Assembly: GCA_951406725.2 (NCBI GenBank)
Contig: OX597839.1
Location: forward strand, 6,882,001-6,946,000
Length of the DNA stretch: 64,000 nucleotides
Direction of reading: 5' to 3'
Origin: Octopus vulgaris
Taxonomy: Eukaryota
The position numbers and the translations under genes are program-made. The notes under the pieces were generated by a model. It searched no databases and was not told where the DNA came from. It saw nothing but the letters and a program-made list of their open reading frames with translations. Below, in pieces: positions 1-14,689 of this stretch. The stretch's first letter is position 1, and every line of letters begins with the position of its first letter.

Positions 1-114
1 TGGTGGTGATGGTGGTGGTGCTGATATCGATATAAGCATTTTCGGTTTTTGGTGTTTAGTACACTAATTTACCGCCTTCTGTGCTACTGCTGCTGCTGCC
101 GTTGCTACTGCCCT

Positions 115-510
<396 letters not shown>

Positions 511-954
511 TTGTTGTTGATGATGATGCTCCTGCTGCGGCTGCTACCGTTTGCTTTACGTTCGTATCATCATCGTTATGGCTTAACATCCCTTACCGTT
601 TGCTTTCACTGTCCTGCGTTCGTTACCAACCTTGATCCTCCGCAAATCCCAAATTATATTTAATTTGCCTCGCGGGACCAACTGTTTACCAGAAGACGCA
701 TCTTGTCCTAGTGCTCGGAAATCCGGAGTAGATAAAACAGTGGGCAACTGATGAAGGGAGTGTTCTTTTATGTTGCCTGCCTCGTTTTTCTATTTGGCTC
801 TTTCGTTGATCTCAAAAAAGTTCGTTTTCCATGTCGTCGTAATTCATGTTCTCGCTTTTCATGTCGTTTTAGTTTAGTGATGTCCTGTACACATATCTAC
901 ATGTGTATATTCATATATAAGTATGTACATGTATGTATGTATATATACATATAT

Positions 955-1940
955 AACTTAACTTAGATAACTTAGATATGTTTCGACCAAAGATTGGTCC
1001 AGGCCATGTCTAACTTAATAGCACCACCTGATAGGATTATTCGAATCCTGTTTAAGTCAAGTTTTGTTCAAGTAGTGAGTTCTTGTTGGGTGAGTTGTAT
1101 CAAGTTTTGTTCCAAGTAGTGAGTTCTTGTTGGGTGAGTTGTATCAAGTTTTGTTCAAGTAGTGAGTTCTTGTTGGGTGAGTTGTATCAAGTTTTGTTCA
1201 AGTAGTGAGTTCTTGTTGGGTGAGTTGTATCAAGTTTTGTTCCAAGTAGTGAGTTCTTGTTGGGTGAGTTGTATCAAGTTTTGTTCCAAGTAGTGAGTTC
1301 TTGTTGGGTGAGTTGTATCAAGTTTTGTTCAAGTAGTGAGTTCTTGTTGGGTGAGTTGTATTAAGTTTTGTTCAAGTAGTGAGTTCTTGTTGGGTGAGTT
1401 GTATCAAGTTTTGTTCAAGTAGTGAGTTCTTGTTGGGTGAGTTGTATCAAGTTTTGTTCCAAGTAGTGAGTTCTTGTTGGGTGAGTTGTATCAAGTTTTG
1501 TTCCAAGTAGTGAGTTCTTGTTGGGTGAATTGTATCAAGTTTTGTTCAAGTAGTGAGTTCTTGTTGGGTGAGTTGTATCAAGTTTTGTTCAAGTAGTGAG
1601 TTCTTGTTGGGTGAGTTGTATCAAATTTTGTTCCAAGTAGTGAGTTCTTGTTGGGTGAGTTGTATCAAGTTTTGTTCCAAGTAGTGAGTTCTTGTTGGGT
1701 GAGTTGTATCAAGTTTTGTTCCAAGTAGTGAGTTCTTGTTGGGTGAGTTGTATCAAGTTTTGTTCAAGTAGTGAGTTCTTGTTGGGTGAGTTGTATCCAA
1801 TTATGGGTGGCTTATCTGGTATTCTTTGAAGAAATCTATCCAGACTCCGTTTAAAGTTGATGGGATCCTTTTCCTCTTTGATCTCCCTCGGGACAATGTT
1901 AAATAGGGCAGGGCCTGTTGAGGAAAAGAAATTATGTAGC
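955..1940 (-). mobile_element. 3' end of a CR1/L2-group LINE (ORF2 C-terminus plus 3' tail), interrupted by a minisatellite
   Basis: Minus strand from ~1937 reads HNFFSSTGPALFNIVPREIKEEKDPINFKRSLDRFLQRIPDKPPIIGYNSPNKNSLLEQNL, a typical GP.LFN..P/FK..LD.FL..IPD ORF2 terminus. The tail ends in a TTATCTAAG repeat near 955-980. Confidence 0.8.
1057..1798. repeat. 43/44-bp tandem minisatellite, ~17 copies
   Basis: Unit AAGTAGTGAGTTCTTGTTGGGTGAGTTGTATCAAGTTTTGTTC(C) repeated head to tail with no spacers. Confidence 0.97.
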
Positions 1941-2723
1941 AGTGTACATGTATGTTGTGATCTTGAATTGGGCAGGGGACTATATATATATATATATATA
2001 TAGTATTTACATTATATATATTTATTTATTTATATGCGTGTGTGTATGTATATATGCATATATGTATTTATGTATGTATGTATGTATGTATGTATGTATG
2101 TATGTATGTATGTATGTATGTATGTATGTATGTATGTATGTATGTATGTATGTATGTATGTATGTATGTATGTATGTATGTATGTATGTATGTATGTATG
2201 TATGTATAATTCTATGTGAGTCTTTGTATTTGTGTTTGCACCCTGGTGTATTTATGTTCCCATAACTTAGCGTTTCGGCAAGAGAAACCAATAGAATAAG
2301 TACCCGGCTTAAGGAAAAATAAGCATAAGTAGGAGACTTTGTTCAAATAAAAATTCATCAAGTCGGTGCTCCAGCATGGCCGTAATCCAATGACTGAAAC
2401 AAGTAAAAGACGAAAGATTAAAGATTACGAAAACCCTTAAATGTCCTTTCGTGGTTTTCCGACCGGCTAGAAATGGAAGCCAAATGGTAATGCTAGTGGT
2501 GGTAATAGTAGTAGTAATAGGAGGAGGTGGAGAAACAGTAGTAGTGATAGTAGCAGTAATATTAGTAGTAGTAGGAGTAGTATCATCATCGTGGTCGTTC
2601 TCGTTGTGGTTTGACGTTTTTGGATCAGTTAGACCATGAAATAAGACATTTCAAGGTGTATGTATACGTCTGTTTTTATTTATATTTGTATACACACACA
2701 CGCGCATACACACACGTACACAC

Positions 2724-2754
<31 letters not shown>

Positions 2755-2811
2755 GACATATATTTCATTATATACACACACACATACATGTGCACATGCA
2801 CACTCACCACT

Positions 2812-2842
<31 letters not shown>

Positions 2843-3380
2843 GTAGATACATGTATTTGTGTATGCGCGTATATGTATTTACGCATATGTATACACTTAA
2901 CGATCATCTCCGTTTTCTGTTTTTTCTTCACAAAGCATTAAATGTCAACTAAACTCATTTCTCTTACGTGTGTATATGTGTGTATATTGTGTATGTTTGT
3001 GATTTCCTGGAATGCGTATGTGTGTGTGTGTGTAAGCGTGTCCGTATGTCCGCATTATAACTTTCTATATTTTTTATTGTTATAAAAAAGCAAAAAGTCA
3101 TACACACTTACATAAACACTCGTAAACGCGTATATCCATACAGACGTATACACGAACATGGAAACATAGTATATAGCCACACATCTATAGAGACGTATAC
3201 ATGAAAATAGAATAATAAAACACCCGAATATTACTAGTCCTGCTCGTATTATTTTTTACAGTCTAGTTTCTCGCCTACCAAGTTCTACTCACACGGCATT
3301 GACAAACCGGAAGCGACAGAAGTTACGTTTCCAAAATATCACCCAGTGGGATAAAACTGTTAGTAAGGTTCTGAGTTACA

Positions 3381-3440
<60 letters not shown>

Positions 3441-3449
3441 GTATATATA

Positions 3450-3495
<46 letters not shown>

Positions 3496-3544
3496 CATAC
3501 ATAGACATATACATATATCACACACATATATATATATATATATA

Positions 3545-3772
3545 TTTCTTTATTGCCCACAAGTGGCTAAACATAGAGGGGACAAATAAAGACAGACAAA
3601 GGGATTAAGTCGATTACGTCGAACCCCAATGCGTAACTGGTACTTTATTTATCGACCCCGAAAGGACGAAAGGCAAAGTCGACCTAGGCGAAATTTGAAC
3701 TCAGAACGTAACGGTAGACGAAATATGGCTACGCATTTCGCCCGGCGTGCTAACGATTCTGCAAGCTCGCCG
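3545..3772 (-). mobile_element. SINE family B copy
   Basis: Reverse complement of GGCGAGCT..GCAGAA..GTTAGCACGCCGGGCGAAAT...GAGTTCAAATT..GCCTTTC.TCCTTTCGGGGTCGATAAA; homologous to 34772-35002. Confidence 0.9.
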
Positions 3773-3776
3773 CTAT

Positions 3777-4060
<284 letters not shown>

Positions 4061-4443
4061 TAGATATATCCATACGTGGAATTAGTTGACGGAAAGTGAA
4101 AGAAGCCCATCGTATATATGTATGTATGTATGTATATGTTTGTGTGACTGGGTTTGTTTCCCTCACCATCACTTGACAACCGACGGAATATGTACTAAGC
4201 TTACAAAGAATAAGTCCTGGAGAGGATTTGTTCGACTAACGGCGGTGCTCTAGCAAGTAAAAGAATAAAAGAATATGTATATATATGTATATATATATGT
4301 ATCTCTTTTCTGAGAGATACATGCATATGCATGTATATACATATACGTATGTATGTATGTATGTATGTATGTATGTATGTATGTATGTATGTATGTATGT
4401 ATGTATGTGTGTATGTACGTTTGTATGTATGTATGCATGAATG

Positions 4444-4474
<31 letters not shown>

Positions 4475-4585
4475 GTATGTATGTATGTATGTATGTATAT
4501 ATGTAAGTATGTATGTATGTATGTATGTATGTATGTATGTATGTATGTATGTATGTATGTATGTATGTATGTATGTATGTATGTA

Positions 4586-4618
<33 letters not shown>

Positions 4619-5337
4619 ATATGTAAGTATGTATGTATGTATGTTTGTATGTATGTATGCATGAATGTATGTATGTATGTATGTATGTATGTATGTATGT
4701 ATGTATGTATGTATGTATGTATGTATGTATGTATGTATGTGTGTGTGTGTGTGTGTGCATGTATCTCTGTTCGGAATTTCCTATTTATGGGGTCGATTTG
4801 TTCGACTAAAGGCGGTGCTCCAGCATTGTCGCAATCAAATCACTCAAACAAATAAAAGATTAAAAGAATAAATATGTCGGTATGTACCCGTGAACGTGTG
4901 TGTGTGTGTGTGTGCATGTACGTGAGCCTGTACCCAAGTGTATGTCTCTACGCATACAGAAACCAAGGCTTCAGAAGCCATCTATTCAAGGGTCGTTCCC
5001 TCGCTCCGCTTTCGTTGTAGGTAGGTTGAACTGGAGATAAACCACAATCTTAATTACACACCCCATTGTATATTGCGAGATTGTTTTAGTTATTGCTTAG
5101 CAGACAGTAACATAATTATATTCCATTACAAATACCAAAGAAACTCTATACGCCCAACGTCAGAACTCCCTTACTGACAACAAAACTATATCAATGTCAC
5201 AAACACTGTATCAATGACAATAATGCTTCTAAAAATGTACCTACCATAACAAATCGCACCAAAAAGACAGTATAAATATACACATATTTAGAAACATACG
5301 CATATAAATACATTTACACACACACGCAGACTTATAT

Positions 5338-5433
<96 letters not shown>

Positions 5434-5688
5434 GGAGGCGCAATGGCCTAGTGGTTAGGGCAGCGGACTCGCGGTCGTAGGATCGTGGTTTCGATTCCCA
5501 GAGTGTTTTTCGAGCGAAAATACCTAAAGTTCCATGAGTGGTGGCGATCCCTGCTGTATTCTTTCACCACAACTTTCTCTCACTCTTTCTTCAGTTGGCC
5601 TGCTCGCTTAACCAGCGGGGAGGCGTCGTTTGAAGGCTCAAACAATGCGAAACGCATTGTGACCAGCGATGTGTAGCAAGATCTGATG
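5434..5688 (+). mobile_element. tRNA-derived SINE family C
   Basis: Head GGAGGCGCAATGGCCTAGTGGTTAGGGC (A box) ... GGTTTCGATTCCC (B box); homologous to 26927-27209. Confidence 0.88.
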
Positions 5689-5919
5689 TGTTTGTGTGGG
5701 TGTGCGCATGTGTCTGTTTCTCCCCACAACCGGTGTTACCAAGCGGGTCGTCAAAAGATGGCGGTAGAAAAAGCACCAGGCATAACAAAAATGTAAGTAC
5801 TGGGGTCGATTCAGTCAACTAAAAAATCCTCAAGGCTGTGCCCCAGCATGGGCGCAGTCCAATGATTGAAGCAAGTAAAAGATAAAAGACAAAACATTAA
5901 AGATAAAAGAACAAGAATA

Positions 5920-6575
5920 CCACAACCACCAACAACAACAACAATAACAACAACAACCAACACCAACACTACCAGCACCACCAACAACAACAGCAACAAT
6001 TCCAGCACCAGCAACAATAATAACAACAACCAATACCAACACTACCACCACCACCAACAACAACAACAACAACCACCACCAACAATAACAATTAATAACC
6101 ACCACCACCAGCAACAACAATAACAATTCCGCCACCACCACCACAACCACCACCACAAACAACAACAATTCCATCACCACCACAATCACCACCACCAACA
6201 ACAACAGCAATAACAAGAACAACAACCAACACCAACACTACCACAACCACCACCACCACCAACAACAACAACCACCAACAACAGCAGTTCCAACACCAAC
6301 ACCACAACCACCACCAACACCAACAACAACAACAATTTCGCCACCACCACCACAACCACCACCACCAGCAACAACAATTCCACCACCACCACCACCACCA
6401 CCACCACCATCACCACCAACAAGAACAATTTCGCCACCACTACCACAACCACCACCAACAACAAGAACAATTCCACCACCACCACCACCAACACCAACAA
6501 CAACAACAACAATTTCGCCACCACCACCTCAACCAACAACAATTCCACCACCACCACCAACAAGAACAATAAACG
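5920..6575. repeat. Compound (CAA)/(CCA) low-complexity repeat
   Basis: Direct reading. Confidence 0.93.
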
Positions 6576-7119
6576 CAACGGCTTCACAACAATAGGGTTT
6601 CTCGAGGCCAGCGGAAGTCTCTTATACGATGGTCACACATGTCCAGTTCTATCAAACACCGCTCTTCCTTCATCCCATCGCTTTTACCTTATTCCTTCCC
6701 CACCCACCCCACCCTGCCACGCCCTCACTCTCTTTAGTGTCATCTCTCACGATTCCTTAATATTGCGGTGACCAATTGAAGCAGATAATTAAAAAAAAAT
6801 CAAAGAAAAACACACACACAAACGTAGAAAAATATCGAAAAATAAAAAAGAGAAAACGGAGAAGACGTTGAAAAATGTCATTTAATTACACCAGCTGTTT
6901 GTGTATTAAGTCATCAGTTTATATAAAGTCACTCCTTGTTAGTTGACCTTGCAATTACTGCCATCTTGATGGATGGATGTATGGATGTGAGTATGTATGT
7001 ATGTACGCACGGACACACATACACGTGTATGTAGAAGACACTTGGTGTTGGTTGTTGTTGTTATTGTTGTTGTTGTTGGTGGTGGTGGTGGTGGTAATGG
7101 TGGTGGTATTCTTGTTCAT

Positions 7120-8045
<926 letters not shown>

Positions 8046-8131
8046 AATATATATATATACAAACACACACACACATTCATATATATATATGAATGTGTGT
8101 GTGTGTGTGTGTGGTGGGAAAGAAAGAGGGG

Positions 8132-8243
<112 letters not shown>

Positions 8244-8505
8244 GAGATAGAAGTCTATTAAGAGATTAACGAAAACAGACACAGTAAAAGAAATAGAAAT
8301 TTTGAAAGAAAGAAAGAAGGAAAGAAAGCAACAAAGAAAGAAAGAAAGAAAAAGAGAAAGAGAGAACGAAAGAAAGAATGATACAAGGAAAGAAAGAAAG
8401 GATGAAAGAAGGAAAGAAAGTGAGAGATAACGGAAGAAAGAAGGAAAGAATGAAAGATAGGAAGAAAGAAATGATGAAAGAAGGAAAGAAAGAGAGAACG
8501 AACGA

Positions 8506-8541
<36 letters not shown>

Positions 8542-9373
8542 AGGAAAGAAAGGAAGAATGTCGAGAAGGAGCTGTGTGTGGACACTTTAGTGCCTTTGAT
8601 AACACCAATATTGAATATAAGCTGTTTCAAATATTTCTTCTGGAAGGCGAAGACGAGAGGAGAGAAAGAAGAGAAAGGAGCAAGGGCTGAGAGGAGATAT
8701 GAGGAGTGGGGAGAGGTGTGGTTATTAAAGTCATCCCACTTGACCAGTGTCCAGCTAGGTCAACTTATCCATCCATTGTAGCGTTTCTCCGCATCCCCAC
8801 CACCGCCGCCCGCATCCCCGCCGCCGCCGCCGCAGCCGCCGCCTCCCACCCACTCTCTTCCTCCTCCGTCGTTCGACAATAAAAGGGGAACCCAATGATG
8901 AAATACTGAAACAAGTTATATGTCGTTTCATCAAGTTCATTAGTGCTTGGTACAATGTAAGTGCTTGTGGTGGTGGTGGTGGTGGTGGTGGCGGCGGTAG
9001 TGCGAGTGGTGTGAAATGGTGGTGGTGGTGGGGGAATAGTGGTGGTGGTGGGGGAATGGTAGTGACGGTGGTGGTGGTGGTAATAGTGGTAGTGGTGGTG
9101 TTGGTGGGGGAATGGTGGTGATGGTGGTGGTGGTGGCGGTAGTGATGTTGGTGGTGGTAATAGTGGTAGTGGTGGTGTTGGTGGAGGAATGGTGGGGGTT
9201 GTAGTGTTGGTGGTGGTGGTGGTGGTGTTGGCGGTAGTGATGTTGGTGGTGGTGCTGGTAGTGGTGGTGGTGGTGTTGATGTTCGTGGCGGTACATATAT
9301 ATATACATATGGACACATACACGCATACAAACATACACACATACATACATATATACATACATGTGTACATATA

Positions 9374-9412
<39 letters not shown>

Positions 9413-9437
9413 TTGTGTATATATGTATATATGTATA

Positions 9438-9480
<43 letters not shown>

Positions 9481-9491
9481 ACACACACACG

Positions 9492-9529
<38 letters not shown>

Positions 9530-9628
9530 ACACATATATATGCGTGTGCTTGTGTACGAGTTTGTGTGTGTGTGTGTGGTGTGTGTGTTTGTGTATACTG
9601 TAGCTGTATGTGTTACGAGCAAATATAT

Positions 9629-9905
9629 TGCTAGAAACAAGAGTTAAACCCCTTATAGTTGCGTTAAAGCACATTTATATATATATACTGACAGGGTAGA
9701 TAACTGCCCCAAAAGCGAAGCAAAGTTGGAACACTGGTCTGCACAGTTCCATCCTAACAGGAATTCAGGAATTGTCAACCGACTGCCTTCGTTCCAATCC
9801 ATTGTTTTAGCTTCACTTCGCTCGTGGGGCATTTATCTGCCCAGTCAGTATATATATAAATGTGCTTTTACGCAGCTATGAGCGGCTTAACTCTTATTTC
9901 TAGCA
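9629..9905. mobile_element. Foldback/MITE-like element with ~105-bp imperfect inverted arms
   Basis: TGCTAGAAACAAGAGTTAAACC...GCACATTTATATAT...CTGAC.GGG.AGATAA.TGCCCC pairs with GGGGCATTTATCTGCCCAGTCAG...AATGTGC...TTAACTCTTATTTCTAGCA. Confidence 0.8.
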
Positions 9906-9984
9906 TAGGTGTTTGTTGCACGTACAGTCACTATTAGTGAGGACTAAATTTTGCTCTTACGTTTTATATCGTACCCAGCTTCCC

Positions 9985-10627
9985 GCATACATACATACAT
10001 ACATACATACATACATACATACATACATACATACATACATACATACATGCATGTATACATACATACATGCATACATACATACATGCATACATACATACAT
10101 ACATACACACATACATACATACATACATACACACATACATACATACATACATACATACATACATACATACATACATACATACATACATACATACATACAT
10201 ACATACATACATACATACATACATACATACATACATACATACATACAATCATATACAATCATACATACATACATACATACATACATACATACATACATAC
10301 ATACATACATACATACATGCATGCATGCATACATACATACATACATACATACATACATACATACATACATACATACATACATACATACATACATACATAC
10401 ATACATGCATACATACATGCATGCATACCTACATGCATACATAGATGCATGCATACATACATACATACATACATGCATGCATACATACATACATACAAAC
10501 ATACACACATGCATACACACATACATACATACATACATACAATCATACATACATACATACATACATACAATCATACATACATACATACGTACATACATAC
10601 ACTCATTCATACATACATACATACATA

Positions 10628-10663
<36 letters not shown>

Positions 10664-10665
10664 AG
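9985..10665. repeat. (CATA)n tetranucleotide microsatellite
   Basis: Direct reading. Confidence 0.97.
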
Positions 10666-10730
10666 CACATAAACACACACATGTAAGTTAAACAAACGCT
10701 CGGAACCACAGTCATGGATTCATAGAGAAA

Positions 10731-10951
10731 TTATAGTCCCCTAATCGCTGAAATAAACGCCGCTTTGTCACTAAGTTCGCAAGAAGTACTCATATCAGAC
10801 ACTTGATCCGTCTTCAGCCCGTTCAACACCATCATCTCGTCCTTGGGTGTCTTTAGCGTAATGGCGTATCCTCTTTCGTAAACATTCAGGACGGGTTTCC
10901 TGCTTTTCCTGTAACATCCTTCCATAGTTCTCATTACTTGCAGGAGGCTCC
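10731..10951 (-). CDS. Putative terminal coding exon of an unidentified gene
   Basis: Non-repetitive open frame (R)SLLQVMRTMEGCYRKSRKPVLNVYERGYAITLKTPKDEMMVLNGLKTDQVSDMSTSCELSDKAAFISAIRGL*; acceptor TTTAG| at 10952; phase 1 matches exon 12510-12540. Confidence 0.55.
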
Positions 10952-11118
10952 CTAAATTTGGTCATACAACCGGCCCTTCTTCCTTAGGTTAATTTTCAAA
11001 GAATAACCAATTGGTTGGTTGACCTCGCACAAGAGTACATGGTTATTGTTTTGTGACTCGTAACAAGAAACTGTACGTGAAATATGGTTGCGTTTCTATA
11101 TACATATATGTATGTATG

Positions 11119-11231
<113 letters not shown>

Positions 11232-11467
11232 TATATATATATATATATATATATGTATATGTATATATGTATGTATGTATGTATATATATATGTGTGTGT
11301 GTGTGTTTGTGTATGAATGTATATGTACATATATAAATATACATATACATATACATACATACATATATATATATATGTGTGATTGTAACTTTACATATTT
11401 CTATACACTCACATATACACATATATGTACGTACGCATGTACATACGTATATGATTGTTTGTATATA

Positions 11468-11511
<44 letters not shown>

Positions 11512-11574
11512 CTGTATATATACATGTATATATGTGTGTATGTGCGTGTATCCTCATATATGTATATGTATGCA

Positions 11575-12304
11575 TACATAAACGCAAACACAAACACGCA
11601 AGTACACACACACAAACAGAAAATATAGAGTTGTGTGTACACACACACATACACATACATACACATACACACACACATACACATATACACACACACATAC
11701 ACACACATACACATACACACACACACATACACATATACACACACACACACAAACAGAAAATATAGAGTTGTATGTACACACACACACACACACACATACA
11801 CATACACACACACATACACATATACACACACATACACAAGCACACTCATACACACATACACATGTAGATAACTGAACATATATAGACGCATATTTCTATG
11901 AATATCTGTGTGCGCGTGCGTAGTGGTGTTTTTTTTTGGGGGGGGGTGTATATATGTGCGCACTGACATAAACGCAAACACAAACACGCAAGTACACACA
12001 CACAAACAGAAAATATAGAGTTGTGTGTACACACACACATACACATACATACACATACACACACACATACACATATACACACACACATACACACACATAC
12101 ACACATACACACACACACATACACATATACACACACACACACAAACAGAAAATATAGAGTTGTATGTACACACACACATACACATACATACACATACACA
12201 CACACATACACATATACACACACACATACACACACATACACATACACACACACACATACACATATACACACACACACACAAACAGAAAATATAGAGTTGT
12301 ATGT

Positions 12305-12339
<35 letters not shown>

Positions 12340-12440
12340 TATACATATACACACACACACACAAAGAGAAAATATAGAGTTGTATGTACACACACACATA
12401 CACACACACATACATACATACACATACACAAACACACACA
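11575..12440. repeat. Compound minisatellite: core ACAAACAGAAAATATAGAGTTGT(A/G)TGTAC x6 embedded in (CA/TA)n
   Basis: Core at ~11612, 11749, 12002, 12141, 12278 and 12361; block ~11575-11830 duplicated from ~11965. Confidence 0.9.
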
Positions 12441-12509
12441 CATACGCTCAAAGATATACAGCAAAGTTGGCGGGGAACCTTTCAAAGAGAAACTTTAACC
12501 TTTACTAAC

Positions 12510-12540
12510 TCAGCGGTTTCCTCTCTACATCAGGTCGAGG
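12510..12540 (-). CDS. Putative 31-nt internal exon (PRPDVERKPL+A)
   Basis: TTCTCTCTAATGTTACTAG| acceptor and |GTTAGT donor; phase 0 to 1. Confidence 0.5.
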
Positions 12541-12560
12541 CTAGTAACATTAGAGAGAAG

Positions 12561-12631
<71 letters not shown>

Positions 12632-12638
12632 ACACACA

Positions 12639-12851
12639 TACGAGCGGGTGGTGAAAAGTTCTTGACTTTGGGTAAAAGAAAATACGGGAGGATCTGTTAA
12701 TTATGATTTTATTCAACATATTCGCCTCTCAGATTCCACATATTGCAGCGGTCCTTTAACTTATCTAAACCTTGTAAAAGAACTCGGAATGTCAGACCTC
12801 CAGCCGGGCCTTTCATGAAACCTTAAAACCAGGAAATTTACATACCACCTC
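12639..12851. mobile_element. Mariner-type MITE
   Basis: TA-CGAGCGGGTGGTGAAAAGTTCTTGACTT ... AAACCAGGAAATTTACATACCACCTC degenerate TIRs; homologous to 15047-15263. Confidence 0.75.
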
Positions 12852-12897
12852 CCCACACACACGCATATATATATATATATTTATATATTTATTTATT

Positions 12898-12931
<34 letters not shown>

Positions 12932-12981
12932 TGAATAAGGATATTTACACCCCCTAAGATGTTTGGAAAACCTATATGAAA

Positions 12982-13067
12982 TTTAGCTGAAGAGTACTTG
13001 ACATTATATTTGCTGTAATATTTGCAGCTTTAATAAAATATTTATAGTATGAAACAATTGTACTAAA
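12982..13067 (+). ncRNA. Type-I hammerhead ribozyme, long stem II (family HB)
   Basis: TTTAG-CTGAAGA-GTACT...AGTAT-GAAA-CAATTG-TA-CTAAA: stem I TTTAG/CTAAA, intact core, palindromic stem III ACAATTGT, GUA cleavage triplet. Confidence 0.85.
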
Positions 13068-13229
13068 CTACTGATCCATTCTTGTTGCTTATTTTTTTAT
13101 TATAATCACCCCACATCATTTTAATGGTTAATACCATAAAAAAATTCTGGTGCATCTAATTTAAATACCATATTCTTTTGAATCTAAATTGTTTTGCTGA
13201 AATTATGTATGTATGTATGTATGTATATA

Positions 13230-13578
13230 TAGAAATAATTACGATTCAGTTGAATTAGGTACTTAAGCTGAAGCACCAAGTCAGTCCGGTCTTATCCGCA
13301 CAGCTCAAAGTAAGGTGAATAAAATCAAAATAAGCAACAGAATATCCAGAAGTGATGAAGTACAACCGACCGTTTCAGGCGGATCCATCTTCTTACTCTA
13401 TTAAAATATATATGAAAAGTTATATTAATGTATACTACTTGTTAAAAAAATTCTATATTTTGCGTAGCTGAAGATGGCACTGCATTTAAATTGATGTAAC
13501 GATTGCATTGTTCAATTAAATGGAGCTGCTTTAAACGGTCGTACTGCATCACCTCTGGATATCATGTTGCTTATTTTG

Positions 13579-13582
<4 letters not shown>
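13230..13582. mobile_element. Inverted pair of family HB (Penelope pLTR-like) copies; degenerate hammerhead at 13464-13547 (+)
   Basis: 13323-13388 is the reverse complement of 13520-13582; GTAG-CTGAAGA...TAAAC-GGTC-GTA-CTGC has G12 mutated to T. Confidence 0.7.
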
Positions 13583-13643
<61 letters not shown>

Positions 13644-13692
13644 GTATATATATATATACATATATATATATACATATATATATATATGTATG

Positions 13693-13727
<35 letters not shown>

Positions 13728-13734
13728 GTATATG

Positions 13735-13808
<74 letters not shown>

Positions 13809-13941
13809 AAAATAGTAAAGTGTGAAAAAACGACAGAAGGCTTAAATGTTAAAAAATATATATATTTGTGTCAAAATGTCTGGAGAATATTTGAAAAATT
13901 TTTTTCCCTTTCTTTAAAATGACATAATTTAAAAATTTTTA

Positions 13942-13981
13942 AAGAAATTACCGGTTTCGCGTGTAGCTTTTCAAATTTCTT
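13942..13981 (-). ncRNA. Minimal type-I hammerhead ribozyme, U3-A8 core variant, in a Penelope 3' region
   Basis: Minus strand AAGAAAT-TTGAAAA-GC-TACAC-GC-GAAA-CCGG-TA-ATTTCTT; 7-bp stem I, palindromic ACCGGT stem III. Confidence 0.8.
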
Positions 13982-14118
13982 GTGACGTTATGTTTATATT
14001 GCATGGAATTATCGTTGTTTTTATTTCCAGGAGATTTCTAAATAAGGGGAGGTAGTGAGTGATTTTTTCCGGTGTAGGGGAGATAATCGCTTAAAAATTT
14101 TTTTTTCCCTTTTCCTTG

Positions 14119-14490
14119 TTAATTTCTCTGTGTCAGTATGTTCGGATGGTTGAGTCTGGGTTTGTACTTTTCAATGAAGAATGTTTCATTGTTCAGTCTC
14201 ATTTGTGTTGATGATCCGAAAGCACATTGGTAAAATGGGAAGATTAAAAATTGTGGCAGTAGTTGCTTTGCGCATTTCTCAATGTGCTCACTAAAAGGTA
14301 TCATTCTATATTCTGGGAATGCAATCTGTTGTCGATGCAGTGTGCATCTTCGCCTGAGTGATAGTCCCGTGGAACCCACGTAGTCTTGGTGGCAGCCCGA
14401 GCATTTAATAACATAAATTATGTTTTCAGAGGCACAAGTAAAGTTAGATTTGATCTTAAATTTCTGTCCCTCTTTAAAGAAGAATTCTAT
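14119..14490 (-). mobile_element. Penelope-like element: C-terminal GIY-YIG endonuclease fragment (5'-truncated)
   Basis: [40 protein letters not shown]...EH...[17 protein letters not shown] matches the PLE GIY-YIG pattern (IY..C..C..YVG.T..L..R...H; E..FI...P.LN). Confidence 0.9.
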
Positions 14491-14493
14491 ATG

Positions 14494-14545
<52 letters not shown>

Positions 14546-14649
14546 CATATATATATATATATGTATGTATATATGTGTATATGTATATATATATACATAT
14601 ATATATATATGTATGTATGTATATATATATATACATATATATATGCATG

Positions 14650-14689
<40 letters not shown>

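Noticed and set aside
1057-1798. CRISPR-like array
   Set aside because: Units are contiguous with no unique spacers, the context is eukaryotic, and the unit derives from a LINE.
5434-5505. tRNA gene
   Set aside because: It is a SINE head that continues into the family C body and lacks a complete cloverleaf.
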